Assembly (NCBI GenBank): GCA_037137535.1
Contig: JBAXKC010000032.1
Location: 1 to 27,654 of the forward strand
Direction: 5' to 3'
Source of the DNA: a bacterium
GTDB lineage: Bacteria > Cyanobacteriota > Vampirovibrionia > Gastranaerophilales > JBAXKC01
Length of the DNA stretch: 27,654 bases
Below are positions 7,971 to 16,846 of this stretch, in pieces (within the stretch, counting starts at the first letter, position 1; every line of letters begins with the position of its first letter). The notes beneath the pieces were generated by a model, which was not told where the DNA came from, ran no database searches, and worked only from the letters and a program-made list of their open reading frames with translations. A program made the translations under genes and the position numbers.

Positions 7971-10900
7971 TTATTTTTTTACGGGCTCGCTGTCGTAATC
8001 TGCCAATAAGTCACTTACAGGAGGCTTTCTCAATAATTTAATCGCCTCTGTAGCATTTTTTCTGACATTTTCATCAGGAGCAAGAGCTTCAATCTGTCTT
8101 AAATACTCAACAGTCATTGAAATTGACCTTATAAAGTCACCTTCATAAGCAATAACTCCGGAATGTTCCATTAATGAAACTATTTTCTCCCAACTATTTG
8201 TGGCATTTTCTTTTTTAGATTTAGCCCACATATTCATAAATGGCACAACAGAATAATTTAACTTGATATAATCTTTCTCATCCTTTAATCCAAACTCTTT
8301 TTGTTGGAAAAGAATTTGCTCTGCAAGTTGTTTTATTGAAGTCATTGAAGCAATAACTTTTTTAGATGACTCGCCTGTTCTCATTTCACGAAGATAAGCC
8401 ATGCCTGCTGCTGATGGTTTTCCTTTTGCTTCAACAAAAGAAGAAACAAGCGCAGCCATACTTGCAGGGTCAATATCATTCAAATATCCGTTAGAAATAA
8501 TTTCTGCAAAGAATACTTCGTTTACACCTCTTACTTTTGAGGCAATTACACCTTTTTCGGTAATTTCATAGTTATTTGACTCACCTGTAGGAATAATAAA
8601 GTTTCTTGCTTTAAGAATATTGGTCATACCGTCAAATCTCTTTTTATATGAATCATACAGAGGTTCAGTATCTTCACCATTAAGCTCAAGATTTTTAAAG
8701 GCAAATGATGACTTAATTACATCTTCAGTTTCATCAGTATTTCCATTTTGAGAAATAATTGAGGTTAAAAGATTGTAAGTAGGTTTTAGTCTGCTTTTAA
8801 TTGTATCTGGCTCACAGGTAGCAAGAGAAAAGGCCTCATCAAGCGGATCTTTCTTTAAAGAACCATCATGTTTATCACATAAAATAACGTAACCAACATT
8901 GTCTTTACCTCTTCTACCAGCTCTTCCAGCCATTTGCTGGAAAGAGTTAGCTGTTAAATGAACTCTTCTTATTTGTCCTGCTTCATCTTTACCGGGTTTT
9001 TCCATATCTGTTAAAACAGTTGTTCTTGCAGGCATATTAATACCTGCGGCAAGTGTTTCTGTTGAATAAACTACTTTTAAGACTTTATCTTGAAATAATT
9101 TTTCAATTAATGACTTATAAGCTGGTAACATTCCCGCATGGTGAGCTGCTACTCCAAAAAGCAAAGACCTCGGCACATTAGCAATGATTTCATGTTTTCT
9201 GCTTTTTAAATTATCGGGGATATCAGTTTCTCTGACTCTGTCACTATTTCCAATAAAGTCATTTCCTAAAAATATATTTTTGTTTTTAAACTCTAAAACT
9301 GTATCTATAACTTTTTCTTTCTCTTCATCATTTAACAAAGTTTCAGAATTTTTCACAAATTGCTGAACATTATATTCACAATCAGCTCTTTTAAAGATAA
9401 ATACAATAGCAGGAAGTTTTTCCTCTTTATTTAATGTTTGAATCATATCAACCATTGGAGGATACTTTGAGGACTGCTGAACAGAGTCAGGAGTTCTTTT
9501 ATATTCATCTGTACTGATAAAATCTTCAACAGATAACAATTGTTTTAGATAACCTTCTTTAAATAGGTTTTTAACGACAAACTTTTCAAAACCATCAACA
9601 TGTGGATGTATAGCACCGACACCTTTTGAAAGCAAAGTAAGGTTTACATTGCTTGTTTGAAGTCCGTTTTCTTCAAAGTAATTTTTATATTGTTCTACTT
9701 TATCATTAACTATGATTTTCTCTTCGTCATTTAATAAATCCTCACCTTTTTCTATATAAGATGATGCAGCATTACTACAAGCCTGCTCATTTTCAAAGAA
9801 AACAATACCTTTTGCTTTTTTAGATTGATCTTCTATATATTTAACTACAGGAGTCTTTTTTGTGCTGTTAATATCACATTTAAAATCATCTTGAAGCATA
9901 TCTCTGGTTGTAAAATTAACTTTAATAAGTCCCTTTTCAGTTAATTTATCAGCTATTTTTTCATATAACTTAGACATTAAAGGTGTTCTGACTGCAATAC
10001 CTTCTGATAATAAGCTGACATCTTTATTCTTTTCAAGGAAAGCTAATTCATCTCTTAACTCTCTAACTTTAATATTTTTACGATCAACTCTCTTCAAGTC
10101 CGCTAATTGTTTCTCCATTTCTTTTTTTGTAGAGTCAACAACTTGCTCGATAACAATTTTCTCATCAGGAGTAACCAGAGATTTCTCTTTAGTTTCTAAA
10201 AATCTGGACATAAATTCATAAGTCTTACGTTTATGAGAAATAACAAAGTTTAAAGGTTGCTTTTTATTTTCAGGATTGTCTATAACATCATTTATCAATA
10301 CTTCAACAGGATCAGGAGCTTTTATAATATTTTTTTCTGCTATTTCTTTAACATTAACTTTTCTTGCTTTTGTTTTATGACATATTAATGCAGTAACTAC
10401 CTTATCAATCTCATCAGCTTCAAAATTCCCTTTAGCCTTTAGGGAATCTTCAAGAACAGCATCCTCAATATAGCCTTTATTATCCTTCGGTAATTTATCA
10501 AGAAATTCTAATGCAGTTTTAACTTCTGCTTTTCCGCCAAGTTTTTCTGATAAAGAACTAAGAACGGCAATCTTCGCATTTGCCATCTTACCATTGTCAT
10601 ATTGAGTATGAAGTTCCTCAGTTGAAATCTTCCCTGTCATAAAGGTATCCAAAGCACCCGGCTGAGAATAATCATAAACATAATATTTAAGCGGAACATG
10701 TCTATTATCAGCAGAAACATCAACTAAATCAGTAGGTTTATCATAGTTTAAAGTTGAAACCCATTGTTTAATAGATTCATTATTTTTTACAGTAGCTGAT
10801 AATGCTAACATTTGAACATTTGGAGGACTGAATAACATTGATTCTTCCCAAACAGCTCCTCTGTCCTGATCATTCATATAATGAAATTCGTCAAAAACAA

Positions 10901-11468
10901 CTGTTCCTAGATTTCCGAGAGTTTTAGCAACTTCTTCATGAGATCTAGCTGTTAGCATATTACGGTAAATTTCAGTAGTCATAACAATTACAGGTGCCTG
11001 TGTATTAAATTTAATATCACCAGTCATAAGCCCGACATTTTCTCTACCATATTGCTTGCAGAAATCATAATATTTTTGATTACTTAACGCTTTTAAAGGT
11101 GTAGTATAAAAAGTTCTTTTATCGTTGTCCATATTCTTAGCAATTGCATATTCTGCAATTAAAGTCTTACCGGTTCCAGTAGGTGCAGTTACAACAGTAT
11201 TATGTCCATCCCAGATACTTTTAGCAGATTCTAGCTGAAACTTATCAATCATATTCAATGGAAATTTAAAATATTTATTAGCACTTTCTAAAAAATTAGC
11301 AGGCTTCTTTTTAATCAAACCTGCCTTAATATTGCCATCATATTCTAATTTATCCACTACATTATCAGAATGATCATTTATTGGCTGATTACTCTGAAAT
11401 GAAACTGTAGATAATTCATTTTTCCTTAATTTCTCACTAAAAATAGGTGTGAAGTTTAAAATTTTCAT
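7971..11468 (-). CDS. Ski2/HelY-like DExH RNA helicase (DSHCT C-terminus), enlarged
   Basis: APTGTGKT, YTTPLKALSNQK, TGD, TTEIYRNML, DEFH, SAT, AAHHAGMLP, TETLAAGINMPART, QMAGRAGRRG, EGDFIR. Start placed at ATG 11468 (AAAGGA RBS). Confidence 0.93.
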   Translation of the reverse strand: MKILNFTPIFSEKLRKNELSTVSFQSNQPINDHSDNVVDKLEYDGNIKAGLIKKKPANFLESANKYFKFPLNMIDKFQLESAKSIWDGHNTVVTAPTGTGKTLIAEYAIAKNMDNDKRTFYTTPLKALSNQKYYDFCKQYGRENVGLMTGDIKFNTQAPVIVMTTEIYRNMLTARSHEEVAKTLGNLGTVVFDEFHYMNDQDRGAVWEESMLFSPPNVQMLALSATVKNNESIKQWVSTLNYDKPTDLVDVSADNRHVPLKYYVYDYSQPGALDTFMTGKISTEELHTQYDNGKMANAKIAVLSSLSEKLGGKAEVKTALEFLDKLPKDNKGYIEDAVLEDSLKAKGNFEADEIDKVVTALICHKTKARKVNVKEIAEKNIIKAPDPVEVLINDVIDNPENKKQPLNFVISHKRKTYEFMSRFLETKEKSLVTPDEKIVIEQVVDSTKKEMEKQLADLKRVDRKNIKVRELRDELAFLEKNKDVSLLSEGIAVRTPLMSKLYEKIADKLTEKGLIKVNFTTRDMLQDDFKCDINSTKKTPVVKYIEDQSKKAKGIVFFENEQACSNAASSYIEKGEDLLNDEEKIIVNDKVEQYKNYFEENGLQTSNVNLTLLSKGVGAIHPHVDGFEKFVVKNLFKEGYLKQLLSVEDFISTDEYKRTPDSVQQSSKYPPMVDMIQTLNKEEKLPAIVFIFKRADCEYNVQQFVKNSETLLNDEEKEKVIDTVLEFKNKNIFLGNDFIGNSDRVRETDIPDNLKSRKHEIIANVPRSLLFGVAAHHAGMLPAYKSLIEKLFQDKVLKVVYSTETLAAGINMPARTTVLTDMEKPGKDEAGQIRRVHLTANSFQQMAGRAGRRGKDNVGYVILCDKHDGSLKKDPLDEAFSLATCEPDTIKSRLKPTYNLLTSIISQNGNTDETEDVIKSSFAFKNLELNGEDTEPLYDSYKKRFDGMTNILKARNFIIPTGESNNYEITEKGVIASKVRGVNEVFFAEIISNGYLNDIDPASMAALVSSFVEAKGKPSAAGMAYLREMRTGESSKKVIASMTSIKQLAEQILFQQKEFGLKDEKDYIKLNYSVVPFMNMWAKSKKENATNSWEKIVSLMEHSGVIAYEGDFIRSISMTVEYLRQIEALAPDENVRKNATEAIKLLRKPPVSDLLADYDSEPVKK

Positions 11469-11709
11469 GTCTTTTCCTTTTTGTGTCAATAGCCCACTTT
11501 GTTAATGTAAATATTAAACTAAAAAAGAAAAAATATCAGTTTATTATTCAAGGCTAAGTTTAAAATTTAATAGAAATTAATAAATTAATTATAAATAGTG
11601 AATAAATTAGTTATTACTATATAAACGTCATACCAAACTTGTTGAGATATTTATCAAATTATTTCATGACAATGAATTATGGTGTATACAGTCATCAAAA
11701 ACAAAATAT

Positions 11710-11737
11710 TTGACAAAATGCCCTTTAATAGTATAGT
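11710..11737 (+). promoter_or_regulatory. putative sigma-70 promoter
   Basis: TTGACA (11710-11715), 16 bp, TATAGT (11732-11737), about 100 nt upstream of ATG 11837. Confidence 0.55.
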
Positions 11738-11836
11738 TTAAAAACTAAGAATATAATAAATATGCTAAGTAATAAGCACTTTTGATATTAAATATGTTTT
11801 TATATAAGTATAAAGATTTTTATAAAGGTAAAACTA

Positions 11837-12595
11837 ATGAGTTACAACAATATTAATAATGTTAGCCATATAAATGGTCAAAATGGTCCTTATAATGGAC
11901 GAATAGATAATAACAGCGTAAAATACGGGCGAAATGCAATATCAAATTATCAAGAATATACTAAAAAACTAGGAGAACCAATTGACCACAACGATCTACC
12001 AAATCTGGAAAGCTTACAAAAGGACTTATTAGACTTATCGTCAAAAGAGATTAGCCCTCAGAGCTTAGATAATTTTGAAAACTGGATGAACCGCCAAAAT
12101 GAAAAACTAATTAACGGTCCATTAGTTGCTTTTAAATTAAAGTATTTACCTGAAAAGAATGTCATTCCTCATGAGATAAACAAAGAAGCGCTTTTAGGAG
12201 CTTCTTTTGAAGATTTAGGAAAAAGAGAATCAGTACCTGTTTCGGAGTTAACAGAAACATTACAAAACGTTATGGGTGATAGCGTTTCAGCGAAAGCCTT
12301 TGATATAAACAATGACGGTAAAATTGATTGTGGAGAAAACGCAACAGCTATTTTAATTAAAGATATGGCAGATAAACACTCAACCGAGGAAGTTTTAGAA
12401 ACAGGAAATATTCACCTGCAAGCTAGTGATATAGATGGAACTATCTCTCAAAAAGGCGAAACTAATTTTTGGAGTTTCCTTAAAAAAGACAGCATCCCTA
12501 AAACCAAACAGCTTATTACGCAAATATACAATGCTTTTCAATTAGACGAAGCTAAGAATAAATTTTTAGCCGATAAAAATAATACAATTCAATAA
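11837..12595 (+). CDS. hypothetical protein with an EF-hand-like Ca2+ loop
   Basis: 252-aa ORF, AAGG RBS; DINNDGKIDCGE fits the 12-residue EF-hand loop. Confidence 0.75.
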   Translation: MSYNNINNVSHINGQNGPYNGRIDNNSVKYGRNAISNYQEYTKKLGEPIDHNDLPNLESLQKDLLDLSSKEISPQSLDNFENWMNRQNEKLINGPLVAFKLKYLPEKNVIPHEINKEALLGASFEDLGKRESVPVSELTETLQNVMGDSVSAKAFDINNDGKIDCGENATAILIKDMADKHSTEEVLETGNIHLQASDIDGTISQKGETNFWSFLKKDSIPKTKQLITQIYNAFQLDEAKNKFLADKNNTIQ

Positions 12596-12778
12596 CAAAT
12601 AAATTATTTATTACTAGCAATTGTTGAGCATTAAATGTTTTAATATAGATGTAACCTGTGATAATACAATCAAAAAAATGGGAAAGGAGAATTTATTCTT
12701 TTTATTCGTTTTACATTTTGATTAACGGAGGTACCTTTTTACTTTATTTAGGTCATACGATCATTAGAAGTTTAAAGC

Positions 12779-12809
12779 AAAAGAGAGGAATTAATTTTCC
12801 TCTCTTTTT
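12779..12809. terminator. bidirectional intrinsic terminator
   Basis: AAAAGAGAGGAA-TTAATT-TTCCTCTCTTTT, 22 nt past the symporter stop. Confidence 0.85.
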
Positions 12810-12830
12810 AGTCTTTATTTATTTTATTGA

Positions 12831-14180
12831 CTAGTCAGCTACTTCGTAAACGTGACTCTCTTCGTCATTTTGTGGAGCATGTTTTTTATTTTCTTGAATA
12901 GATATTTTCATTTTATTCTGATTGGCATTTTTTGATTCTTCAATAAATTTATACATTTTTTTATATTCGAAACAATTTTCCCATCTGGCAACAACAGCTG
13001 CTGCAACGCAATTGCCTATCAAATTTACAGTTGTTCTACCCATATCAAGAATTTGATCAATACCTAGCAAGAATGCAACCGCCATAGGGTTAAGGCCAAA
13101 CTGAGGCAATGTAGCGGTAAGAACAACAAGAGACACCCTTGGAACAGCTGCAACACCTTTACTGGCCGCCATAAGTGTTACCAAAAGAATAACCTGTTGC
13201 ATAATACTCAATGGATGATGAGTAATCTGAGAAATAAAAATTGTAGCAAGTGCAAGATATAACGTACTTCCATCAAGGTTAAACGTATATCCTGTCGGCA
13301 TTACAAAACTTACAATATTTTTTGGAACACCAAATTTTTCCATAATTTCCATAGCTCTAGGAAGTGCTGCTTCGCTACTCGCAGTTGAAAAAGCTAACAT
13401 TGCAGGCTCTTGTAAAGCATTTATCATTCCAAAGAAAGGAACTTTAATAATACTGCACACTACAAGCAATACAAAGACTACAAATATTGCCAGAGCTAAG
13501 TACAATGCACCGATGAGTTTTGCATAGACCAGCACCGAGCCTATTCCGTTATGCCCAATGGTTGAAGCAATTGCCGCAAATACTCCGACAGGAGCAAAAA
13601 CCATAACATATTCCGTAAATTTAAACATTATTTCTGAAATACTGGTTAAAACATCCATTACAGGCTTTGATTTTTCACCGATACCTATAATAGCAATTGA
13701 AAAAATAACTGAAAATACAACAATTTGAAGGATATTACCATCTGCCATTGATTTAATAACACTTGTAGGAATCATATTAACAAAAGCATCTGCATGACTG
13801 GAAACAACAGCTGTACCGGCTTGAAGATTTTTCATCTGTTCAGCAACATGTAAACCTGTCGGGAAGTCAATATGTATACCAGCACCGGGCTTTAAGACAT
13901 TTGCAACAACAAGTCCGATAACTAAAGCAATAGTTGTAGCAATTTCAAAATAAAGAATTGTTTTAAAACCGATTCTTCCAAGTCCGTTAAAATTCCCATG
14001 CCCTGCAATTCCAACAACCAATGAAGAAAACACAAGCGGAGCTATAATCATTTTAATCGCATGCATAAACATTGTTGCAAGCGGTTCACACTTTATTGCA
14101 TATCCAGGGAAAAAATGACCTACTAAAATCCCCAGTATTAGTGAAATAAATATTAACAAAGTAAGTTTAGACTTTACCAT
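12831..14180 (-). CDS. dicarboxylate/amino acid:cation symporter (GltP/GltT/DctA family)
   Basis: IKMIIAPLVF, AFSTASSEAALP, PTGYTFNLDG, SKGVAAVP, DMGRTTVNLIGN; start at ATG 14180 with AGGAAAGG RBS. Confidence 0.93.
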   Translation of the reverse strand: MVKSKLTLLIFISLILGILVGHFFPGYAIKCEPLATMFMHAIKMIIAPLVFSSLVVGIAGHGNFNGLGRIGFKTILYFEIATTIALVIGLVVANVLKPGAGIHIDFPTGLHVAEQMKNLQAGTAVVSSHADAFVNMIPTSVIKSMADGNILQIVVFSVIFSIAIIGIGEKSKPVMDVLTSISEIMFKFTEYVMVFAPVGVFAAIASTIGHNGIGSVLVYAKLIGALYLALAIFVVFVLLVVCSIIKVPFFGMINALQEPAMLAFSTASSEAALPRAMEIMEKFGVPKNIVSFVMPTGYTFNLDGSTLYLALATIFISQITHHPLSIMQQVILLVTLMAASKGVAAVPRVSLVVLTATLPQFGLNPMAVAFLLGIDQILDMGRTTVNLIGNCVAAAVVARWENCFEYKKMYKFIEESKNANQNKMKISIQENKKHAPQNDEESHVYEVAD

Positions 14181-14429
14181 CAATTTCCTTTCCTGTGTTC
14201 GCAAAATCAAAAGCTTTTAAGCTTATGCCTTCAAAAACCTTTATAGACAGCACATATTCCATAATTATTATTTTAGCCTACTCTAACGAAAAAATAGAAC
14301 ATATTATAAAACTAATTATATAAAGATTATACCTAAAAAAAAATTTCCTTAATAAAGATTTTATTTAGATTTATAAAGTTTCAAAACCTCAACAAACAGC
14401 AATAGTAGTGACCTCTACGAATTAATAAC

Positions 14430-14460
14430 AAAAGATAGCCTTTATTCAAAGCTATCTTTT
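14430..14460 (-). terminator. intrinsic terminator of the GAF/HD-GYP gene
   Basis: AAAAGATAGC...GCTATCTTTT inverted repeat 22 nt past the stop codon. Confidence 0.7.
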
Positions 14461-14482
14461 TGCTATTAATTATTTTTTAGAC

Positions 14483-15856
14483 TTATACTACAGCCGCTAA
14501 AGCCTCAACAACAACAGGATCCCATTTAATGCCCGCTTCTTGTTTCATTATTTCTAATGCATCATTAACCGCAATTTCTTCTCTGTGGGCTCTTTTTGAA
14601 ATCATTGCCTGATAAGCATCAGCAACAGCAACTATTCTTGAGCCTAAAGGAATACTTAAACCCGCTAAACCCTCAGGTTTGCCCTGCCCGTTCCATCTTT
14701 CCATATGATAATGAACGTAAGGAACAACTTCGGACATAAAATTAACTTTCATAAGTAGACTTACACCGACATTCGGGTGATTTTGCAATTTATCCCAATC
14801 ATCGTTAGAAAGCTTTCCTTTTGTGTTGAAAAGTTCTTCCGGTAAAGTAATTCTTCCGATATTTTTTAATAATGCTGCATAATAAATTAAATCAGTAGTT
14901 TTCTCGTTAAGTTTAATATTTTCAGATATTTTTCTGGCAAGTTCTGCAACTTTTTGAGAATGTTCTCTTGTATAATCACATTTTGCATCAACAGCAAGTG
15001 CAAGGGTTTCAACAAACATTTGTTGCTCATCGCCTAAATCACCAATACTTGCAGTTAATTCGGTTCTTAAATGTCTAAGCTCGGCAGGAGTTGCATTTGA
15101 ATCTTCTAAAAGAAGCTCTGCTTCCTCGATAAGCTCTTGTAATCTCATTGATGTAACAAACAATCTTGATGTTATTTCTAAAAGCTCGATATACTCAGGA
15201 GCAAGTTCTTTTTGATTATAAAATTCTAAACAAAGAACACCGATATTTTGTGAATTATTTGCCATAGGAACAACTAAAAGAGTTTTTACTTCATTTTGAT
15301 TAAGCTCTTCGAGCGGATTCCAGGATTTTGATTTTTTTACGTTTTTAAGAAAAATTGTTTCTTTTTTAAGAAAAGCTCTCATTTGTGGAGATTCTTTATC
15401 TTCAAAAAGGGAAAAACCTATTTCTTTCATTTGTTTGGAAGTTAAATCTTTTAATGAAGTTCCCATTAAGGATAAATCAAAATCAGAAAGACCAAATCCA
15501 CCTTTAACATAATTTTCGTTGAGATAAACGTGGCAAGCATCTGCTTCAAGCATTTGAGCCATTGTTTTAGCAATTGAATTATAGATAACAAAATCTTCAT
15601 CGCTGTCAAAACCAAGTAAAGTAAGGGTTTTATCTAAAGAATAAATGGAGATTAATTCTTTAAGCTGATTTTTCAATCTTGTTATTTTGTCTTGAACAGA
15701 TGTATTGATTTTTGAAAGCAAATCATCAGAAATCAAATGCTCTGTTAGAAAATCACCTAAGTTGAGTGCGAATATAGCCTCTAATGGTTCATTTTCAAGT
15801 ATAGCCTCGTTGTTTTCTTCAATAGCACCTGACGCAATGCTTGCTTTAATAGCCAT
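14483..15856 (-). CDS. GAF + degenerate HD-GYP domain protein
   Basis: GAF (LLVVPM..IGVLCL) then YTREHSQKVA, AALLKNIGRI, HPNVG, HMERWNGQGKPEGL, IPLGSRIVAVADAYQAM, WDPVVV. Confidence 0.9.
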   Translation of the reverse strand: MAIKASIASGAIEENNEAILENEPLEAIFALNLGDFLTEHLISDDLLSKINTSVQDKITRLKNQLKELISIYSLDKTLTLLGFDSDEDFVIYNSIAKTMAQMLEADACHVYLNENYVKGGFGLSDFDLSLMGTSLKDLTSKQMKEIGFSLFEDKESPQMRAFLKKETIFLKNVKKSKSWNPLEELNQNEVKTLLVVPMANNSQNIGVLCLEFYNQKELAPEYIELLEITSRLFVTSMRLQELIEEAELLLEDSNATPAELRHLRTELTASIGDLGDEQQMFVETLALAVDAKCDYTREHSQKVAELARKISENIKLNEKTTDLIYYAALLKNIGRITLPEELFNTKGKLSNDDWDKLQNHPNVGVSLLMKVNFMSEVVPYVHYHMERWNGQGKPEGLAGLSIPLGSRIVAVADAYQAMISKRAHREEIAVNDALEIMKQEAGIKWDPVVVEALAAVV

Positions 15857-15918
15857 AATGTACTTCCTTAAACTTCCTCAAATACATGATACTGTGTGGT
15901 TTTAACTGCTTAATTCAT

Positions 15919-15945
15919 ATATCGGCTGAAGTTTCAAAAACTTTG
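15919..15945 (-). promoter_or_regulatory. sigma-28 (FliA/SigD)-type promoter
   Basis: Minus strand CAAAGTTT-N11-GCCGATAT versus consensus TAAAGTTT-N11-GCCGATAA, 63 nt upstream of ATG 15856. Confidence 0.8.
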
Positions 15946-16181
15946 ATAATTTTTTAATTTTTTTTCAAAATTCGTCTTAAATGTAGTATTCATAAAGCTT
16001 TCACATGTAAACTTTCTTTAAATTCACTAATTATCTAATGGAATTTAACATGTTTTTTTAAGTCTTGCTATTGCTTGATTGGATAGAGATATATTTTAAA
16101 AGTCAAAGTATCAATAAAAAAAATATTTCCACTTATAGCAAGTGGAAGCTATTCAAAAATAAAAAGGAACTTAAAAGGCTG

Positions 16182-16811
16182 TTGATAAATAATCATAATT
16201 TCAATCAAAGCAATATTACCTTTAAAAGCCAAAAACTTTTTCCTGTTGCTGTAAAAGATATGGCTGACGGCTATGTAAAAGGTTGGATAACAAAGTTAGA
16301 TCCATCTGATCCTGAAGATTCAGCGACAATGAAAAAAGTGGGACAGGAGTGGAGAATAAGTAAATACCCAGGTGTCGTTCAAGGCAAAATATTAAATAAT
16401 GAATTTAATAGTGGACATGACTGTTTTGCAGTAGAATTAGATTCCTTTAAAAAAAGTTTATACGATAAGTTATTATGTCTTTCTTCAACAGAAATAAAAG
16501 ACGAACTATACCTCAGCTGTTTACAAGCGGCACCAAACAGCACTTTTGAAGCTGGAACTAATAGAAAATACAAAGGTGCTGGAACTGCACTTATGTATGG
16601 GATATTAAATATTGCTTTAAAAACAAAAGACAAAATATGCCAATTTAGTAACGCCAATAAGCCTTTTTATAAATCCTTGAACATTCCTAATACAAACACT
16701 GACAAAGATATACCAGACTATACAATATATGATAGTTCTGGAATGGAAGATTTCATACAAAGAAAAACAGAAGAGTGGAAGCCTTTCTTATCTAACAAAG
16801 AAAATGATTAA
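16182..16811 (+). CDS. putative GNAT-family acetyltransferase
   Basis: LYLSCLQAAP...RKYKGAGTALMYG resembles GNAT motif A. Start placed at in-frame TTG 16182 (AAAGG upstream); start uncertain. Confidence 0.65.
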   Translation: MINNHNFNQSNITFKSQKLFPVAVKDMADGYVKGWITKLDPSDPEDSATMKKVGQEWRISKYPGVVQGKILNNEFNSGHDCFAVELDSFKKSLYDKLLCLSSTEIKDELYLSCLQAAPNSTFEAGTNRKYKGAGTALMYGILNIALKTKDKICQFSNANKPFYKSLNIPNTNTDKDIPDYTIYDSSGMEDFIQRKTEEWKPFLSNKEND

Positions 16812-16846
16812 TTTTAAGTTAATCTATTAGCAAGCAATGACTTCAC

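Noticed and set aside
9054-10700. Intein as the explanation for the helicase insertion
   Set aside because: No C/S...HN splice junctions or LAGLIDADG motifs; the insert is better explained by internal duplication.
16065-16181. Longer N-terminus of the GNAT ORF
   Set aside because: No RBS at TTG 16065 and the segment looks like intergenic A-rich DNA; TTG 16182 preferred, though unproven.
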